In this document: one piece after another, positions 1 to 14,979 of the stretch | Numbering within the stretch: position 1 is the stretch's first letter | Layout of the letters: each line of letters begins with the position of its first letter | Assembly: GCA_951406725.2 (NCBI GenBank) | Contig: OX597815.1 | Span: forward strand, 171,058,001 to 171,122,000 | Direction of reading: 5' to 3' | Length of the DNA: 64,000 bases | Origin: Octopus vulgaris | Lineage: Eukaryota | The notes under the pieces: generated by a model | Told to the model about the DNA's origin: nothing | What the model saw: the letters and a program-made list of their open reading frames with translations, nothing else | Databases searched by the model: none | Position numbers and translations under genes: made by a program

Positions 1-364
1 CAAGAAGAGAGTATGTCTTTTAACAGAAATCGGATTGATCAGGGATGAGATAGAACTGAAGAACATCATTTCGATATAGATAGTACAATCTGATCTAATC
101 TGAGAAAATATTGTTTAAATATAATTTGATCAATTAAACTAAATGGTGAAAACGTGGTGAGAAAGAATGGAGACTCGATATAATTAATTCGTACGAGAAT
201 ATTTTTCCTTCGATAAGTATTCAATCCAATTTAAAGTTCATAAATGTTATATGAATATACGTAGAGTTATATAATTATATATCATTACTTACATGCACAC
301 AAACACATATATATATACATATTTATGTATATCGCTCTGTAGATATATATGAATGTGTACTCAC

Positions 365-420
<56 letters not shown>

Positions 421-711
421 TTGTAACATAGGGTAATCTTTTTTCAAAAACATGTTTTATCAATGGCCAGCATTTGAAAATAACCAATAAAGTGAAAATT
501 ATAAACAATTATAAATAAGGGCAAAAGAAAGAAATTTTTCTAACCCAATATTCTTCGTTTCATCACGATGTGTATTTATAGTGAAAAATATTATGTGATT
601 AAACGATCTAAAGTCTATTTTTCAGCATATTGGCATAGAAAATCTTTTTTTACTTTGCCCTTACTTATAATTATATATATGTGTGTGTGTGTGCGCGCGT
701 GCGTGCATATA

Positions 712-767
<56 letters not shown>

Positions 768-979
768 TATTTGTCTATCAACAAAGAAAGAACCAGCTCT
801 CATTAAAACCACACGAACTTGTAATCGACCTTAGCAAATCGTTTCGAGACGAATAAGATGGTTAAATGATAATAAATTGACGATGTGTTCGATTGATATG
901 AAAAATTGATTCATTCATGTCTTTGTGTACCACAATGATCTCCAGTTTTTTAAAAGATAATATTGTTGCACCTTTACAA

Positions 980-1165
980 GGCGGTGAGCTAGCAGAAACG
1001 TTAGCACGCAGGGCGAAACGTTTAGCGTTGTTTCGTCTGTCTTAACGTTCTGAGCTCAAAATCCGCCGAGGTCGACTTTGCCTTTCATCTTTTCGGGGTC
1101 GATTAAATTAAGTACCAGTTCTGTACTGACCCAAAATTTCGGGTCTTGTGCCTAGAGTAGTAGAG
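980..1165 (+). mobile_element. tRNA-derived SINE, family 1 (Meta-domain type), with 18-bp TSD
   Basis: Head GGCGGTGAGCTAGCAGAAACGTTAGC and core GTCGACTTTGCCTTTCATCTTTTCGGGGTCGATTAAATTAAGTACCAG are shared with about ten other copies in the window. The core resembles the MetaSINE/Sauria-SINE central domain (recalled). Flanking direct repeat AATATTGT(T/G)GCACCTTTA at 959-976 and 1166-1183. Confidence 0.9.
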
Positions 1166-2684
1166 AATATTGTGGCACCTTTAATCATTGTGGCATCTGC
1201 TTCATAAGTCTATATAATTTGGATTTATATTTCAACGGTCTGTTTTTTTATTATTCTTATTGACCAGCAGATGGTGTCTAAGAAAAACAACTAACGATTC
1301 TCCACAGCATAACATACTTTCATAAAAATTCGGATGTAATATTTACCAATGTTTGACTTTCGTTATTTCTATCAAATTAGTAGCAAGTCAAGAAATGATA
1401 TCTCTAGAATTGAAAATTCCTCTGCATATAATTATGAAAGCTTAATTCCATTAATCTAACCCAAATATCTTTTCTCCTTAAGTCATTACTATATCACTGT
1501 CCCTCGCCTGGTGATGAATACATAAAGAACAAACGAGATATTGACGTTTTCTACACAGCATCACTTTTTATCAAACAAGCTACTGTGTGTGAGAAAAGAA
1601 AAAGAGCACTGCGATATCAAACAATGTTCTTAGTCTTTACTAACGCGGTGGCTGCAGATATAAAATAAAATGTTAAAACATTAAGAAGAGATTCTGAATT
1701 TTATTTTTTCATGAAGAGAACAATCCTGTCTAATGTTCTTTCTAAAATTGTTAGAAAACAGAATTATTAAAAGCTTAAATTGTCAGGTCAAAGTCAGGTC
1801 AAATCAGTAAGTTATTTTCAGAAAGTAAGTTTAATGGTTTTCTCTCGCCTTTCATAATGACTGAGACACTTTATTCGAGTCAAGATTTTAAGCATATTTG
1901 TGTATAATTTTTAACATAAGTGGATGATATATCTGATAATAAGTTCCAACATTAAATAATATGCGGTAACAAAGAAAGGTATCTTTCTCAAATGTGTATT
2001 AATCAGCATATTTCTCCACAGACACAGACATCGCTCAAATAATATTAATCAATGAATAGTGCTCAAATTTTGAGGCAAGCAACATAAAAATGTTGTTTTA
2101 TGACATATATGCCAAAATTGTCCGTTTGAAGCGAGAGACAGACTCATAAATAATGTACAGTCTCTTATTAATACATTGATGCATTCATGTAGACAACATA
2201 TGCATACACACTTTTATATTTGTGCCGAAACTCATGTTCGCCTATACAGCAATACGCAAAAACATCTTTGCACTCTGCAAAGAGGCACAACTTAATATTT
2301 GCACGCTGGTTTCACTCTAGCATATTCAACGCATATCTTGCATAATTTTGCACTGAGAATCATCTACAGGCAATATGGTTAGAAACAAGGTGGCACAAAA
2401 CCATTGTAACGAATTTTAATGTTGTGCTAAATTCACTCCGCCTTTCAACTTATATGTTACTCTTAGAAATAGATATGCACTGGTAAAACCAATGAGGTAA
2501 CTGGAGTTCCCGTACCAGTCAGCTTAGAGCTTTTCAGAGTTATGCTATGAAAGTGTAGAGAGCCAATAATTCGCTTTGATTGTTGCAGAGGAAGCTCAGT
2601 GAAGACTGCAAGGCCGTGAAACTCGAGTCGTGAGCTTCCGTTTTTCATTTAAGAAAGCATATCCTCTACACCATGCATTGAGCA

Positions 2685-2720
<36 letters not shown>

Positions 2721-2806
2721 TGTATGTATGTATGTGTGTGTGTGTGTGTGTGTATGTATGCATGTGTGTATGTATGTATGTATGTATGTATGTATGTATG
2801 TATGTA

Positions 2807-2841
<35 letters not shown>

Positions 2842-2885
2842 ATGTATGTATGTATGTATGTATGTATGTATTCATGTATGTATGT
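2685..2885. repeat. compound (TATG)n/(TG)n microsatellite
   Basis: Direct reading; explains the ORFs at 2630-3055. Confidence 0.97.
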
Positions 2886-3399
2886 GCACGATGATTCACT
2901 AAATGGTGTGGTTTGTTAAACGTATGACGTGAATCCAGAATTAACGGAGTTACTTTGTCGTGGCAAACGAACCAGTTCTCCAGTCTATGAAAAAAACCTT
3001 TGAATTGTTTCTTCTTCTGCCTCCCATTCTGGGATATCCGAAGAAACCAGCGCACTTCTTGTGTCGTTCTTATTTCTAAGCAACAAAATATGAAATGAAA
3101 GTACTCCTATGCTATGAATACAAACTATACAACCATAGATATACCAAGGCCGAACTTGAAAGAAGTTCGGTTCGAAATCACAAAGTCTCTGTTTTCATTC
3201 AGTTCTATACGATATGAAGTTTTAACATCGTCTGATTCTGATTCGGTTTCAGAATTATTCTGACTCATTACATGTGAAATTAAACTTACGCTTATTTCAG
3301 CAGTAATATTAAATATCTACCAAAAATAGAGCTAGTAATTTTTGCAAGCCATGTTGTCTCAACAAACTTGACGTATCTCAACTACAAATGGTTTCAAAT

Positions 3400-3850
3400 A
3401 TGACATTACTCAAAAAACATTAAAAAAATTAACACAGATTGGTATATTAATCTGCTTTCCACATTTAAGGGTGATGAAATTTTGAGTGAATATATCTGGT
3501 TCTGTAGTAAAAGTGTTAAGAAACATATGCCTGTTGAAGGCTTAGCTATTTATACGTTAATTAGCATCTGATTCAATTTTTTGAGCAATAAACATCCATT
3601 ATCGAAACCATTGAAAATTCATTTTCTTAACGATACTCCTCTCCAAATTGGTGAAATTTTAATAGCATATGACCTTCAATTAGTATTCAAAAATATAAAC
3701 ACTTGGAAACGCACACCAATTATCAATTACAGTTTATTTAATTTTGTTTAAGCTATATAGAACAGACGAATGACATATTTATGGAAACTTAAATACACAG
3801 TATTCCAAAAGCAACATAAGTAAACTTGGCACCAAATGATAAAACGTATA
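3400..3850 (-). pseudogene. probable degraded EnSpm/CACTA (CMC) transposase fragment
   Basis: Minus-strand single-frame translation ~3816-3703 reads MLLLEYCVFKFP*ICHSSVLYSLNKIK*TVIDNWCAFP, resembling the EnSpm LLxYFVxxFxxLYG..YNVH..GPLDNFSAFPFE block. A downstream DNGCLLL resembles DNCFxL. Heavily decayed. Confidence 0.4.
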
Positions 3851-5327
3851 CATAAATAGAATCGTTCCCATATGATTACATTAAAGCAGTAAACTTTTCC
3901 AATAATGAAAAATACATAAAAAATAATCTATAGAATTTGTAAGGTTATAACGCTATATTGATTAATAGGTAAGCGAAATACAAGCTTTTTCTTATAACGC
4001 ATTACCTTTTTTTCAGGACTGTAATATCTTAGTTTAAGAAAATAGTTTCATTTATAGTTTGCAACGAAAGTATCTGATGTTTCTTTTTATAACTGGCTTG
4101 TAAAGTTGTATTGAAAACGTGGATTTAGTGAAAAGACAGTTTTGGGGGTTTCGTTTTTTTTTCTTGTATTTTTGCTTGTTAGTTTATGATTTGAATTCGT
4201 AATAAAGCAACAGCTTTAAAATATCAATATCATCTGAATTGTATATTTTATTCACCATTTACTATGCTGTCATTCACGAAAAACCTATATGCAGCTACAT
4301 TTAGATCGCATTTCACTGATGAAGTCTAATAAGTGGGAATCGTGTGCGGAGTTGTCAGCCCACAGTTAAAATCAGAATCGCAACACGATTTCAAATATGT
4401 AAAATTTGGGAATTCTCTCCCATGATATTATATTTATCTATAACGGTTTGTTCTTATAAAAGACTTCAATTAAATTAAATGTCTGCTTTTGCAGTTTTCG
4501 TCCAGTATCTCTATTTTTTTTTTATCTCGTTTATCATTTTATGAACTTGCCGGCCTCCAAATAAGTATAAACTGTGTATACTATCTTGGAGATATGTGGC
4601 TTCATAAAATAACTTACATTAGTATACTTTTGAATTTCCAAACTTACTTTTTGAGCATTCACAACTGGCTACGCAATCATGAAGAATGTTATTTGAAGTC
4701 ACTTTCAAAAATGTCTTCCTTTAAACAAATTCAAAGATAGTTAATGCACTAGACAATGTTTTAAATCCGCTTTTATATTAGATGGGCCTTTTCATCCAGT
4801 GTCTAATTAATTATTTTATAAAATAAACAAAAAAAAACACTAACATTAAAATGAAAAGTGTCGAATTAAATTTTTTCTTTTATTATTGATATCATAGAAA
4901 GCAACATAAAGCGATGTTATCTTAATGAAGAATTTGTGCGCAGATTAGAAAATAATTTGAATATTTTTCTTCATGGCAATGACTTTAACAACGAATTCAG
5001 CTTGAGTAACATACATTTTTAGAACATCTACATCAGCAAAATAGGTAGACGATATTTTATGCATATATAATTATTTGGGTGTGTGTCTTTATCTATGCTT
5101 GTAATATACAGATGTAAATACATGCATATGCGTATATCACTGCGGACCAGTATGTCTACTATAATTTACGAGATGCTGATATTTTAAATATCCCCCTGCA
5201 CGCATGTATTCAATGAAGTTAACATGTTAAGATAGAGGTTAAATTGTTCAGATAATTGTAATAAATTGGGTATGTTTCCAGACTCTACTCAAAGGAATTC
5301 ATTCACGATCAATATCAGTAAAGTTAC

Positions 5328-5329
<2 letters not shown>

Positions 5330-5362
<33 letters not shown>

Positions 5363-5471
5363 CATATACATATATATATATGTATATAATCATATACATA
5401 TATATATATGTATATAATCATATACATATATATATATATATAATCATATACATATATATATATATATAATC

Positions 5472-5516
<45 letters not shown>

Positions 5517-5642
5517 TAGATATATAGATATAATTATATATGTCTATATATACATATATATATATATATATATAATTATAGATATATAGATATAATTATA
5601 TATGTCTATATATACATATATATATATATAATTATATATGTC

Positions 5643-5688
<46 letters not shown>
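5330..5688. repeat. complex (TA)n minisatellite with duplicated TAATCATATACA and ATTATAGATATATAGATATAATT blocks
   Basis: Direct reading. Confidence 0.95.
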
Positions 5689-5695
<7 letters not shown>

Positions 5696-6288
5696 AAAGA
5701 GCTATTTTGAACTACGTAGTTAAATAGATTACCAGAATTATATGTTTGTGTATATGTGTGTGAAAAAATATATATTATATTACTGTATGTAAATGTATGT
5801 GTGCAGTTGCATATCTGTATATACATCAGTTACATGTGAGTAACTATAGTTATCAATGGTAGAAATTCAATTCCCTTTCGAGAGATATATAAACTCCAAA
5901 TGTACAATAATTGGTACACACGCATCCGTATGCGTATGTGCCTGATTTTATTTATATTTACATGTGGTTGCATGCGTTTTGATGTAGGAAAAGAAATCAT
6001 TTCGAGCTAAAAAAAATGTCTGAAATAAGTGTAAGTTTTAGAATAGAAGCTAATTGTAAGTCTTATTGGCATTAGGTAAAATTTTAAAGTGAATTCAATA
6101 TACGTTATTGAAAGTGGGGGTAAAATGAATGAAAGTAAATACTTAGCGTAAATTTAGTATGTTTGTGCGTATGTGTCTATGTTTGTTTACATGCAAATAT
6201 TTATGTAGATATATACAAGCACAAACTCGCATATATATATATATATATATGCATACTACTCCCACACACACAAATACGCACACTCGTA

Positions 6289-6358
<70 letters not shown>

Positions 6359-7548
6359 CACACATTCCACATTATTAGTAATGGAAAGTGATAGGTTTCA
6401 CAATCGTAGTATCAACGGCAAAAACAGAAAAAGAATAGTCGCTAAAATGTTCTACACAAGCAAGAACACTGGCAATGAAAATGCGTAAAAGCTTTAACAT
6501 CACATTTGCTGCCATTATGGCTTATAGAATGTTCATCATTGCGGGCAGCTCCTGGAGAAGTGAAGATATGGACATGCTCTGTTCGAGAAAGAAGGTGCTT
6601 CCTTACCTGAAGAATTTCTTAAGAGAAGGGCAAGAAGAAAAGTAGAATAAATCTGTGTTGCATAAAGTAAGAATAATTACCATAGGCTTTTGAAGGGGCG
6701 TTGAAGGGAGGTTTGGCCGTCGTGTGGTATGAGGTATTTTTCTCTGGAAGCATGTGTCTGGACTTTATGACCGAGAATGAAGTTAAAGGGAGAGTTGTGC
6801 ACAGTACATATGCTGGATTGTATGTGCTGCAGTTCGTGGAAAGGAAAATACGAAGTGATAGCCAGAAGTATTAGGACAAACGTTGACCCTTAGCTTGTTG
6901 TCAATTTTGCAGTATAATTACCGACAAGTTGCAAGTGAAGAGCTGGCCAACACCATACGGCCGACTGCAAATATTAGAAATTGATGCAGCCCCAACAGCA
7001 AGGAGAATAGAATTCTGGAATGGTGTATATAAAGAAGGGGTCGCTACAAACAAGATTATTTAAAGCAATAAACACAGTATGTGAACTGTTGTACAGGGCC
7101 ATACAAAGTCAGGAAGCACCCCAGACATTAAATGGAGAAAAAAAATTGGGAGGCACCGTGATATGATAAGATCTCAAAATCCTGGCAGAAATATTTAAGA
7201 TACATGCATAAACTACTATCAAAAATATTTAATAATTTCTTGAAAGTGCCGGAAGCAGCACTTAATTGTCACTCTGAGAGGAAACCATCTTAATCCCAAA
7301 AGCTAAGTAAATACTAAATCTTGCTAAAATATGTCTGCCCTACAGCTTACAAAGCCTTAAGCGCAGTAACATCAATAAATAACTATCAAGTTGAAAAATC
7401 TCACTTCCAGAAGAGATGAGGGATGTTATAAAAGGTCATATGGCTGTAAAGAGAATAAGTGAGTAACAAAGTCATAAACGAAAACTGTAATACGATAATG
7501 AAGACCCTGAATATGGCGTGGATTCTGTAATATTTTTCTTATTATTAA

Positions 7549-7735
7549 GGCAGTGAGCCGGCAGAATCTTTAGCACACCGGGTGATAATGCTTAGCGGCA
7601 TATCTTCTGTCCTCGTGTTCTGAGCGCACATTCCGCCGGGGTCAACTTCGCCTTTCATCCTTTCGGAGTCAATAAACAACTATCAGTTGAGTCCTGAGGT
7701 TGATGTAATCAACTTATCCCCTCTCCCGAAATTGT
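7549..7735 (+). mobile_element. family 1 SINE, diverged copy
   Basis: GGCAGTGAGCCGGCAGAATCTTTAGC ... GCCTTTCATCCTTTCGGAGTCAATAAA aligns to the 30481 copy. Confidence 0.85.
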
Positions 7736-7737
7736 TC

Positions 7738-8280
7738 GAAATATGCAATGAAACGGTTGACGACATCATCTCCAACTGCTCAGTCCTTGTCAAGTCTGAG
7801 TATATTCACAAACACACCCCAGTCTGGAAGCAGTGCCAAGTGGGAAATACACCAATACCTTAGTTGGAAATATCTCGACAAGAATTTAGGATAACATGTA
7901 CTTGGTAGATGACAACGACTCGGCTTAAGTTATTTGGGACAAGTCTGTTCAAAGTGAAGAAGATATCATAAAACACCGTTTATAGAAATAATTTATGGGA
8001 ATTAAAAAACTTGACTCTCTTAGTTATCGATCCCTTCTAATCAATGTATTCAGCACCCAAAATGAAGTAGAGGAACTACAAAAATATAAGAATAATGAAC
8101 TTCAAATAAACTCGATATGGGGCATAAAAATATAAACAGTAACAATAATAAATGGTGAACTAAGTATGATGGGAAAATATGAGTAAAAACAGCAGTGCTC
8201 ACAATGTTTTACACAGTAATAAGGATACCCCCATCTAGGTTTATCCCATATACTACACAAGACACTTTTAATTCAATAGC
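7738..8280 (+). pseudogene. decayed 3' end of an R4/Dong-like non-LTR retrotransposon (CCHC knuckle and restriction-like endonuclease)
   Basis: 7738: EICNETVDDIISNCSVLVKSEYIHKH. 8061: NEVEELQKYKNNELQINSIWGIKI*TVTIINGELSMMGK. Both are colinear with the better-preserved copy at 30771-31750 (RICGDGKETINHIVSACPVLA; KETKKLSKYKDLEIEVTRMWGPKTETIPIIVGSLGIIKK). Confidence 0.75.
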
Positions 8281-8604
8281 TTATCTAGAATAGTGAATTC
8301 TACAAACGATTCATAACTTATACTACAATCATCCATAAAATAAAACAACACATGCTCCTACATAACAGATACCAATGAAACAATAATTGGTTCGTTTGTA
8401 ATATACCAAACAAATAATTACCTCGAACTCGAAAATTTTACATCCTGCGCATGTCAGCAACCCATTATATCTTACACGGTATAAATATAATTCTGGGATA
8501 GTTTCTTCCCCTTATTAATTACCCTACATATATTCAACCCTAAAGCGCATAACACCAGTCAAACAGCACATACAAAACACAAAGATTACTAAATAAAATA
8601 ATTA

Positions 8605-8814
8605 TTTCAAATTTTTCCCACAAGGGCAGTTTGGGGTAGGTGGTGATGAGTCGATTACATCGACCTCAGTGTTCAACCGGTACTTATTTTATTGACTCCG
8701 AAAGGAAGAAAGGCAAATTCGATCTCGGCGGAATTTGAACTCAACGTAGCGACGGGCGAAGTACCGCTGAGCGTCTCGTCCAGCGTGCTAACGATTCTGC
8801 CAGCTCGCTGCCTT
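8605..8814 (-). mobile_element. family 1 SINE
   Basis: Reverse complement of the family 1 head and core (plus strand ...CTCGGCGGAATTTGAACTC...GATTCTGCCAGCTCGCTGCC). Confidence 0.9.
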
Positions 8815-9036
8815 ATTACTGAATAAAATAATAAAACTCGCATTACACATACTTTACACAGCAAACGAAGCATTATAAAGTAAGATCAGGAAGAACATAC
8901 CAAATCCTATTACTAAAGGATATAATATAAAAGCACTGTTATACATTCCCAAAAAGCAAAGCTGTATACACGCCAAGAACACATAGGTACACCTAGACAT
9001 GATAGTGTGGTGAGAACTGGCATAAATCTGTTGAGA

Positions 9037-9037
<1 letters not shown>

Positions 9038-9091
<54 letters not shown>

Positions 9092-9293
9092 CCTTTCTAC
9101 GATAGGTAGAAAGAAGAGGGGTGAGTCGATTATATGGACCTCAGTGCTCAACCGGTACTTATTTTAACGACCCCAAAAATATGAAAGGAAAAGTCGACCT
9201 CAGCAGAATTTGAACTCAGAACGTAGCGATGGACGAAATGCCGCTAAGCATTTTCCCCCCGGAATGCTAACGACTCTGCCAACTCGCCGTCTT
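9038..9293 (-). mobile_element. family 1 SINE with (TTA)n tail
   Basis: Reverse complement of the full head and core. On the minus strand it ends GTAGAAAGGA(TTA)n, as the 31770 copy does. Confidence 0.9.
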
Positions 9294-9302
9294 ATTAATA
9301 AT

Positions 9303-9455
9303 AGTGGTTTCAAATTTTGGCACGAGACCAACAATCTTTAGGGAGGGGATAAGTCAATTACGTCGACCTCCAGTGTTTAACTGATACGTATTTTTTCGAC
9401 TCGAAAGTATGAAATGCAAAGTCAACCCCGGCGGAATTTGAATACCGAATGTAAA
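9303..9455 (-). mobile_element. family 1 SINE, 5'-truncated
   Basis: Plus strand AAAGTCAACCCCGGCGGAATTTGAA, with the TGGTTTCAAATTTTGGCAC tail variant also seen at 54001-54220. Confidence 0.75.
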
Positions 9456-9699
9456 GGGTGTATTGATATATCTTTTTGTTTTTAAACCCGTAAATGCAAT
9501 CGATTTTGAGCAACACAGTAGTCAAATAATGAGCGCGTTATCAGCCTCAGGCCAAAAGCACAGATTTGATTGGCCGAATTTCAAGTGGAGGCCATAATGT
9601 ATTTAAAGTAATGATGTATTGGTATCTTATTCTTATCAGCACAATACTCATCACATGAATCTTTGCTAGTTTCAAGCATTGCACTTCATAAACATTAAT

Positions 9700-11072
<1,373 letters not shown>

Positions 11073-11249
11073 GAGAGATAGAGCGAGATGCATACATGCA
11101 CACACACACGTACACACATATATAACTTTCACACGTATATAAGTGTATGTATGCATGAATATATGACATGAATGTATGACATGAATGTATGACATGTATT
11201 TACATATATATGTATATATGTGCGTATGTGTACATGCATATACATATAA

Positions 11250-11510
11250 GCATGTAGTGAGAAGTCTGCTTTCCTACCACATGATTCTGGGTTTAGTCTC
11301 ACTTCTTGACACCTTGGGTAAGTGACTTCTGCTATGGCCCTGGCCTTGTGAGTGGATTTAGTAGACAGAAACTGAAAGAAGCCTGTTGTGTGCGTGTGTG
11401 TATGTGTGTGTTTGTCCCGATCACAGCTTTACAAGTGATGTTGCTTATATCCATGCTTATATTCGGTAAAAGAGGCCGACGGAATAAACAGTAGACTTTA
11501 AAAAACGCAT
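11250..11510 (+). mobile_element. family 2 SINE, diverged
   Basis: CACCTTGGGTAAGTGACTTCTGCTATGGCC...CCTTGTGAGTGGATTTAGTAGACAGAAACTGAAAGAAGCC aligns to the 53391 and 57505 copies. Confidence 0.8.
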
Positions 11511-12527
11511 ATTTAGGAAGACACACACACACACACAGATACACATACATAGACACACACACACACACACACATACGCACATAAACAAGCACGTAATAAT
11601 AAAACTTCCAACCGGTTGAGTAAGCTATCTTGCTATCAGGTTTTGATATATTTCTGCGGTAAACGCCAATAAACCTATATCACAAATTGACAAATATCTA
11701 TAATCACGATCCCGCAATTTCACTACTGGATCATATAAGCCTGATTCTACCCACGTGTACATCAGATTAATTCATATTCATCCTTTACACATATGTAAAG
11801 TAAATGAATAAAAAAAATTAAATAAATGAATAAATGTTTGCGCGTGTGTATGTACTGACAGAAGAGAGAGAGAGGGCGGGAGAGAAATGGTTGTATCTGT
11901 TAGTCATTCTACGTTTATTACTAATTACCAGGTAAAACGTGGAGGAAAGTGCAAGAAGAGGATATGACGTCATTAGCATGATAGGGGATATCGACTTAGA
12001 AACCGGAACTGCCTTTCATCGGGGTTTTGACGAGAAACAAATCAACGCTGCTGGTTATTGGAATTCAGTAAATGGACAATATATTTAAATGGATCCTACA
12101 TATGCGTATTTCTCATTACATGTTGCTATGTGTAGGATTGCACGATACTTCATGCCTACATACATATCAGCTAATATTAGTCAGTGTATGAGGATTTCGC
12201 ATTTGAATAGCCTTGAATATATTACTACTGAACTGTGATGTGATTCCATTGACAATACCATACTGTGTAGGATATCATTCTGTCAATGAAAATAAAGGAA
12301 ACATGAATATTTTTTTTACATTGGCGTAGTACATATCTAGAAATTTGGTAATAAGAATGAAAATGGCCACCACCAAATACAATATGGAATTTTATCTTTT
12401 ATAATTATTTTAGAGTTTGTTTTATTAATTCTGGAAAAATGAGAGCCCAAGTGGTTTCACCTAAGAGAATAAAATAACGAAAAACAAATAATGGGAAACA
12501 AATTCACAATTACTGTCAGGCTAAGTG

Positions 12528-12673
12528 ACACACACACACTCACAAACACATATATACATATACACACACACACACACATATATATATACATACACACACA
12601 CACATATATACATACACACACACACACATATATACACATACACACACACATATATACATACACACACACACAC

Positions 12674-12704
<31 letters not shown>

Positions 12705-12800
12705 TATATACATACACACACACACATACACATATATACATACACACACACACACATATATACATACACACACACACACACACATATACATACACACACA

Positions 12801-12838
<38 letters not shown>

Positions 12839-12903
12839 TACACACACACACACACACACATACATACACACACACACACACATACATACACACACACACA
12901 CAT

Positions 12904-12964
<61 letters not shown>
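12528..12964. repeat. compound (CA)n/(TA)n microsatellite
   Basis: Direct reading. Confidence 0.97.
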
Positions 12965-12967
<3 letters not shown>

Positions 12968-13068
12968 ACGAAAACGATTAACTCACGCTACACTGACAGC
13001 CCTTTATCTCATCCTTATTACACCAGCTACTTCCCTTCATAATTCACGTTACTCACCGAAATTCTTAC

Positions 13069-13106
<38 letters not shown>

Positions 13107-13739
13107 CTTCTACACTCACAACCAACAAATCCTCTCTCTATTTCTCCCATTCAGTGCGATCACCTCATATATTTCCTGCCACCATATTCTAATGTATTCG
13201 CTTTTATTTTCTTTTACTTCGACCGGCTTTTAAATTGTACAAAGTGGACTTAAAAGCACTATGTGTGTATGTGATGCGTGTGTGTGTGTGTCTGTATGTG
13301 TGTGTCTGTGTGTGCGTGTGTGTGTGTGTTTTCGGTGTACGTACAAGCATACAAGCCAAGGCTCAAGACTCAGAAACAATCCTACACAGACTAATACATA
13401 ACCGGCGTGCTTTTCTTCACATTACCGACTACCCTTTTCTCTGTAACTGCGTAACCATCAGCCTTCTGCCAGTTAACACGTACTACCCTATCAATCCCTC
13501 CTTCCACTCCCTATCATAATAATCACCTCTCCTGGTAAATAGCTCCTACGTCTCGCCGTCTCTCACACCGACCATCTCTTGGCTCTTTTCCTCGCAAACC
13601 ACTCTATATCTCTCATGCATTGTAATCATCTCTTAAACTACTTCTTGTTTCCATTTTCCAGAAAATTCACCTCTTCTTCGCTTCCACCGATCCTTACATT
13701 ACGTAACTTTTCTTGAAACTTTATACTTTTACACTACTC

Positions 13740-14050
13740 GCGACAACCATATCACTAGTTTCCAGCTTTACTTCATTCCCCAATGTTTCTAATTTGATGA
13801 AGGTTTTTGTCTCCTCTTCAGAAACCCAAATCAAAAACGACTGTATCACTCTGATAATAAAATAATCAAAAAGGCATCCGTATCTGTGACAGGGTATAAG
13901 TGTGCTAAAATGGTACATCCATTATTATACGCTTTCAGGTAGTTAGCGGCACAGGGCCTATAATTACATATAAAGGTATCTCTTGATGATTGAAATATGA
14001 AAAGCAAATCTATTGATATAGCAAATGTTAACCTGTCTGGCAGAAATAAA
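13740..14050 (-). pseudogene. probable Academ-type (XPG/PIN nuclease domain) DNA transposon relic
   Basis: Minus strand AATCATCAAGAGATACC (13991-13975) reads NHQE[A]DT if 4 nt were deleted. It is followed by AYNNGCTILAHLYPVTDTDAFLIILL and, in another frame, LIWVSEEETKTFIKLETLGNEV. Order and spacing fit the HEEADT...G...DTDV...LW...RFI...LG motifs of XPG-domain transposases. Confidence 0.45.
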
Positions 14051-14979
14051 TACATTTACTGATTATCCTTTTAGACTCAAACACACAATAACTAATCAAT
14101 TGTAGGTCTTTTGCGTGTTAGTCAATAAACCCTTGTCAAGCATCAAACTTAATATTCCATTTCTTTTAATTTGTTTTTATTGGCCTCAGAATTAAGTTAA
14201 TTTGTGCTGCATTTCCAAACAAAGCATTTAAAATTGGGTCCATTATATTTGTGCTTATGACCAGACTAATCTATTAACTCTACAAATTTTGAAGCCAATC
14301 ACATTAGGTAACAATATTAATATTAGAATCCATACAGTGTTTCAATTACATAAATTTACATCCTGTATGATTATCTGATTGAACAATACTACAATCTTTC
14401 AGAATTTTTGGTTTCAATTAATATTTCCATTTCAAGGCTCCTCCATTACACATCCATATTTCATATTTATGAAACAATGTTTACAAACGATCTCCTATTT
14501 TAAACCGTTAATTTAGGATGTTAGAAAAAATTAACATCCTAATAAAAAGCAACTAATAAAATTTTAATTATTTGTGGAATACTTTTGTATTCATGCGGCA
14601 GTATTTATTTCATGATGTTGTGTTTTTTTTTCTTTCAGGTAAAATGCAATTGAGATTTGTTTGAAAATAAATACAATAAAGTGCAAGCGACTGCTGCCAT
14701 TTTGGATCAAGGGTTAAAATTTTAAATGATGCATTCTATCTCAAGCTGTGTACATAATTATAGCTGAAAATGTTTCTTCTAAACATCCGACACCGCAATA
14801 CGCAATTAAACTTGAATAGTTGTCAGCAAAATCGAAATAGCATAGAAAAAGAAAGGCAATAGTGTCAGTTAATAACAAATCCAAAAGTCTGAACAAAATG
14901 TCTGCATATGGACTTAAAACAAAAGGAAAGTTAATCTGATTTTGCTAGGTAGAACAAACTGGTTAGATTCTTCTTTGTA

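Noticed and set aside
6490-7300. Higher-GC stretch suggesting coding or LINE origin
   Set aside because: No open frame or recognisable motif was found by eye.
11930-12060. Possible exon after TTACCAG
   Set aside because: Frames close quickly. KTWRKVQEEDMTSL looks more like a decayed RTE C-terminus (as does 63825-63900) but is too weak to call.
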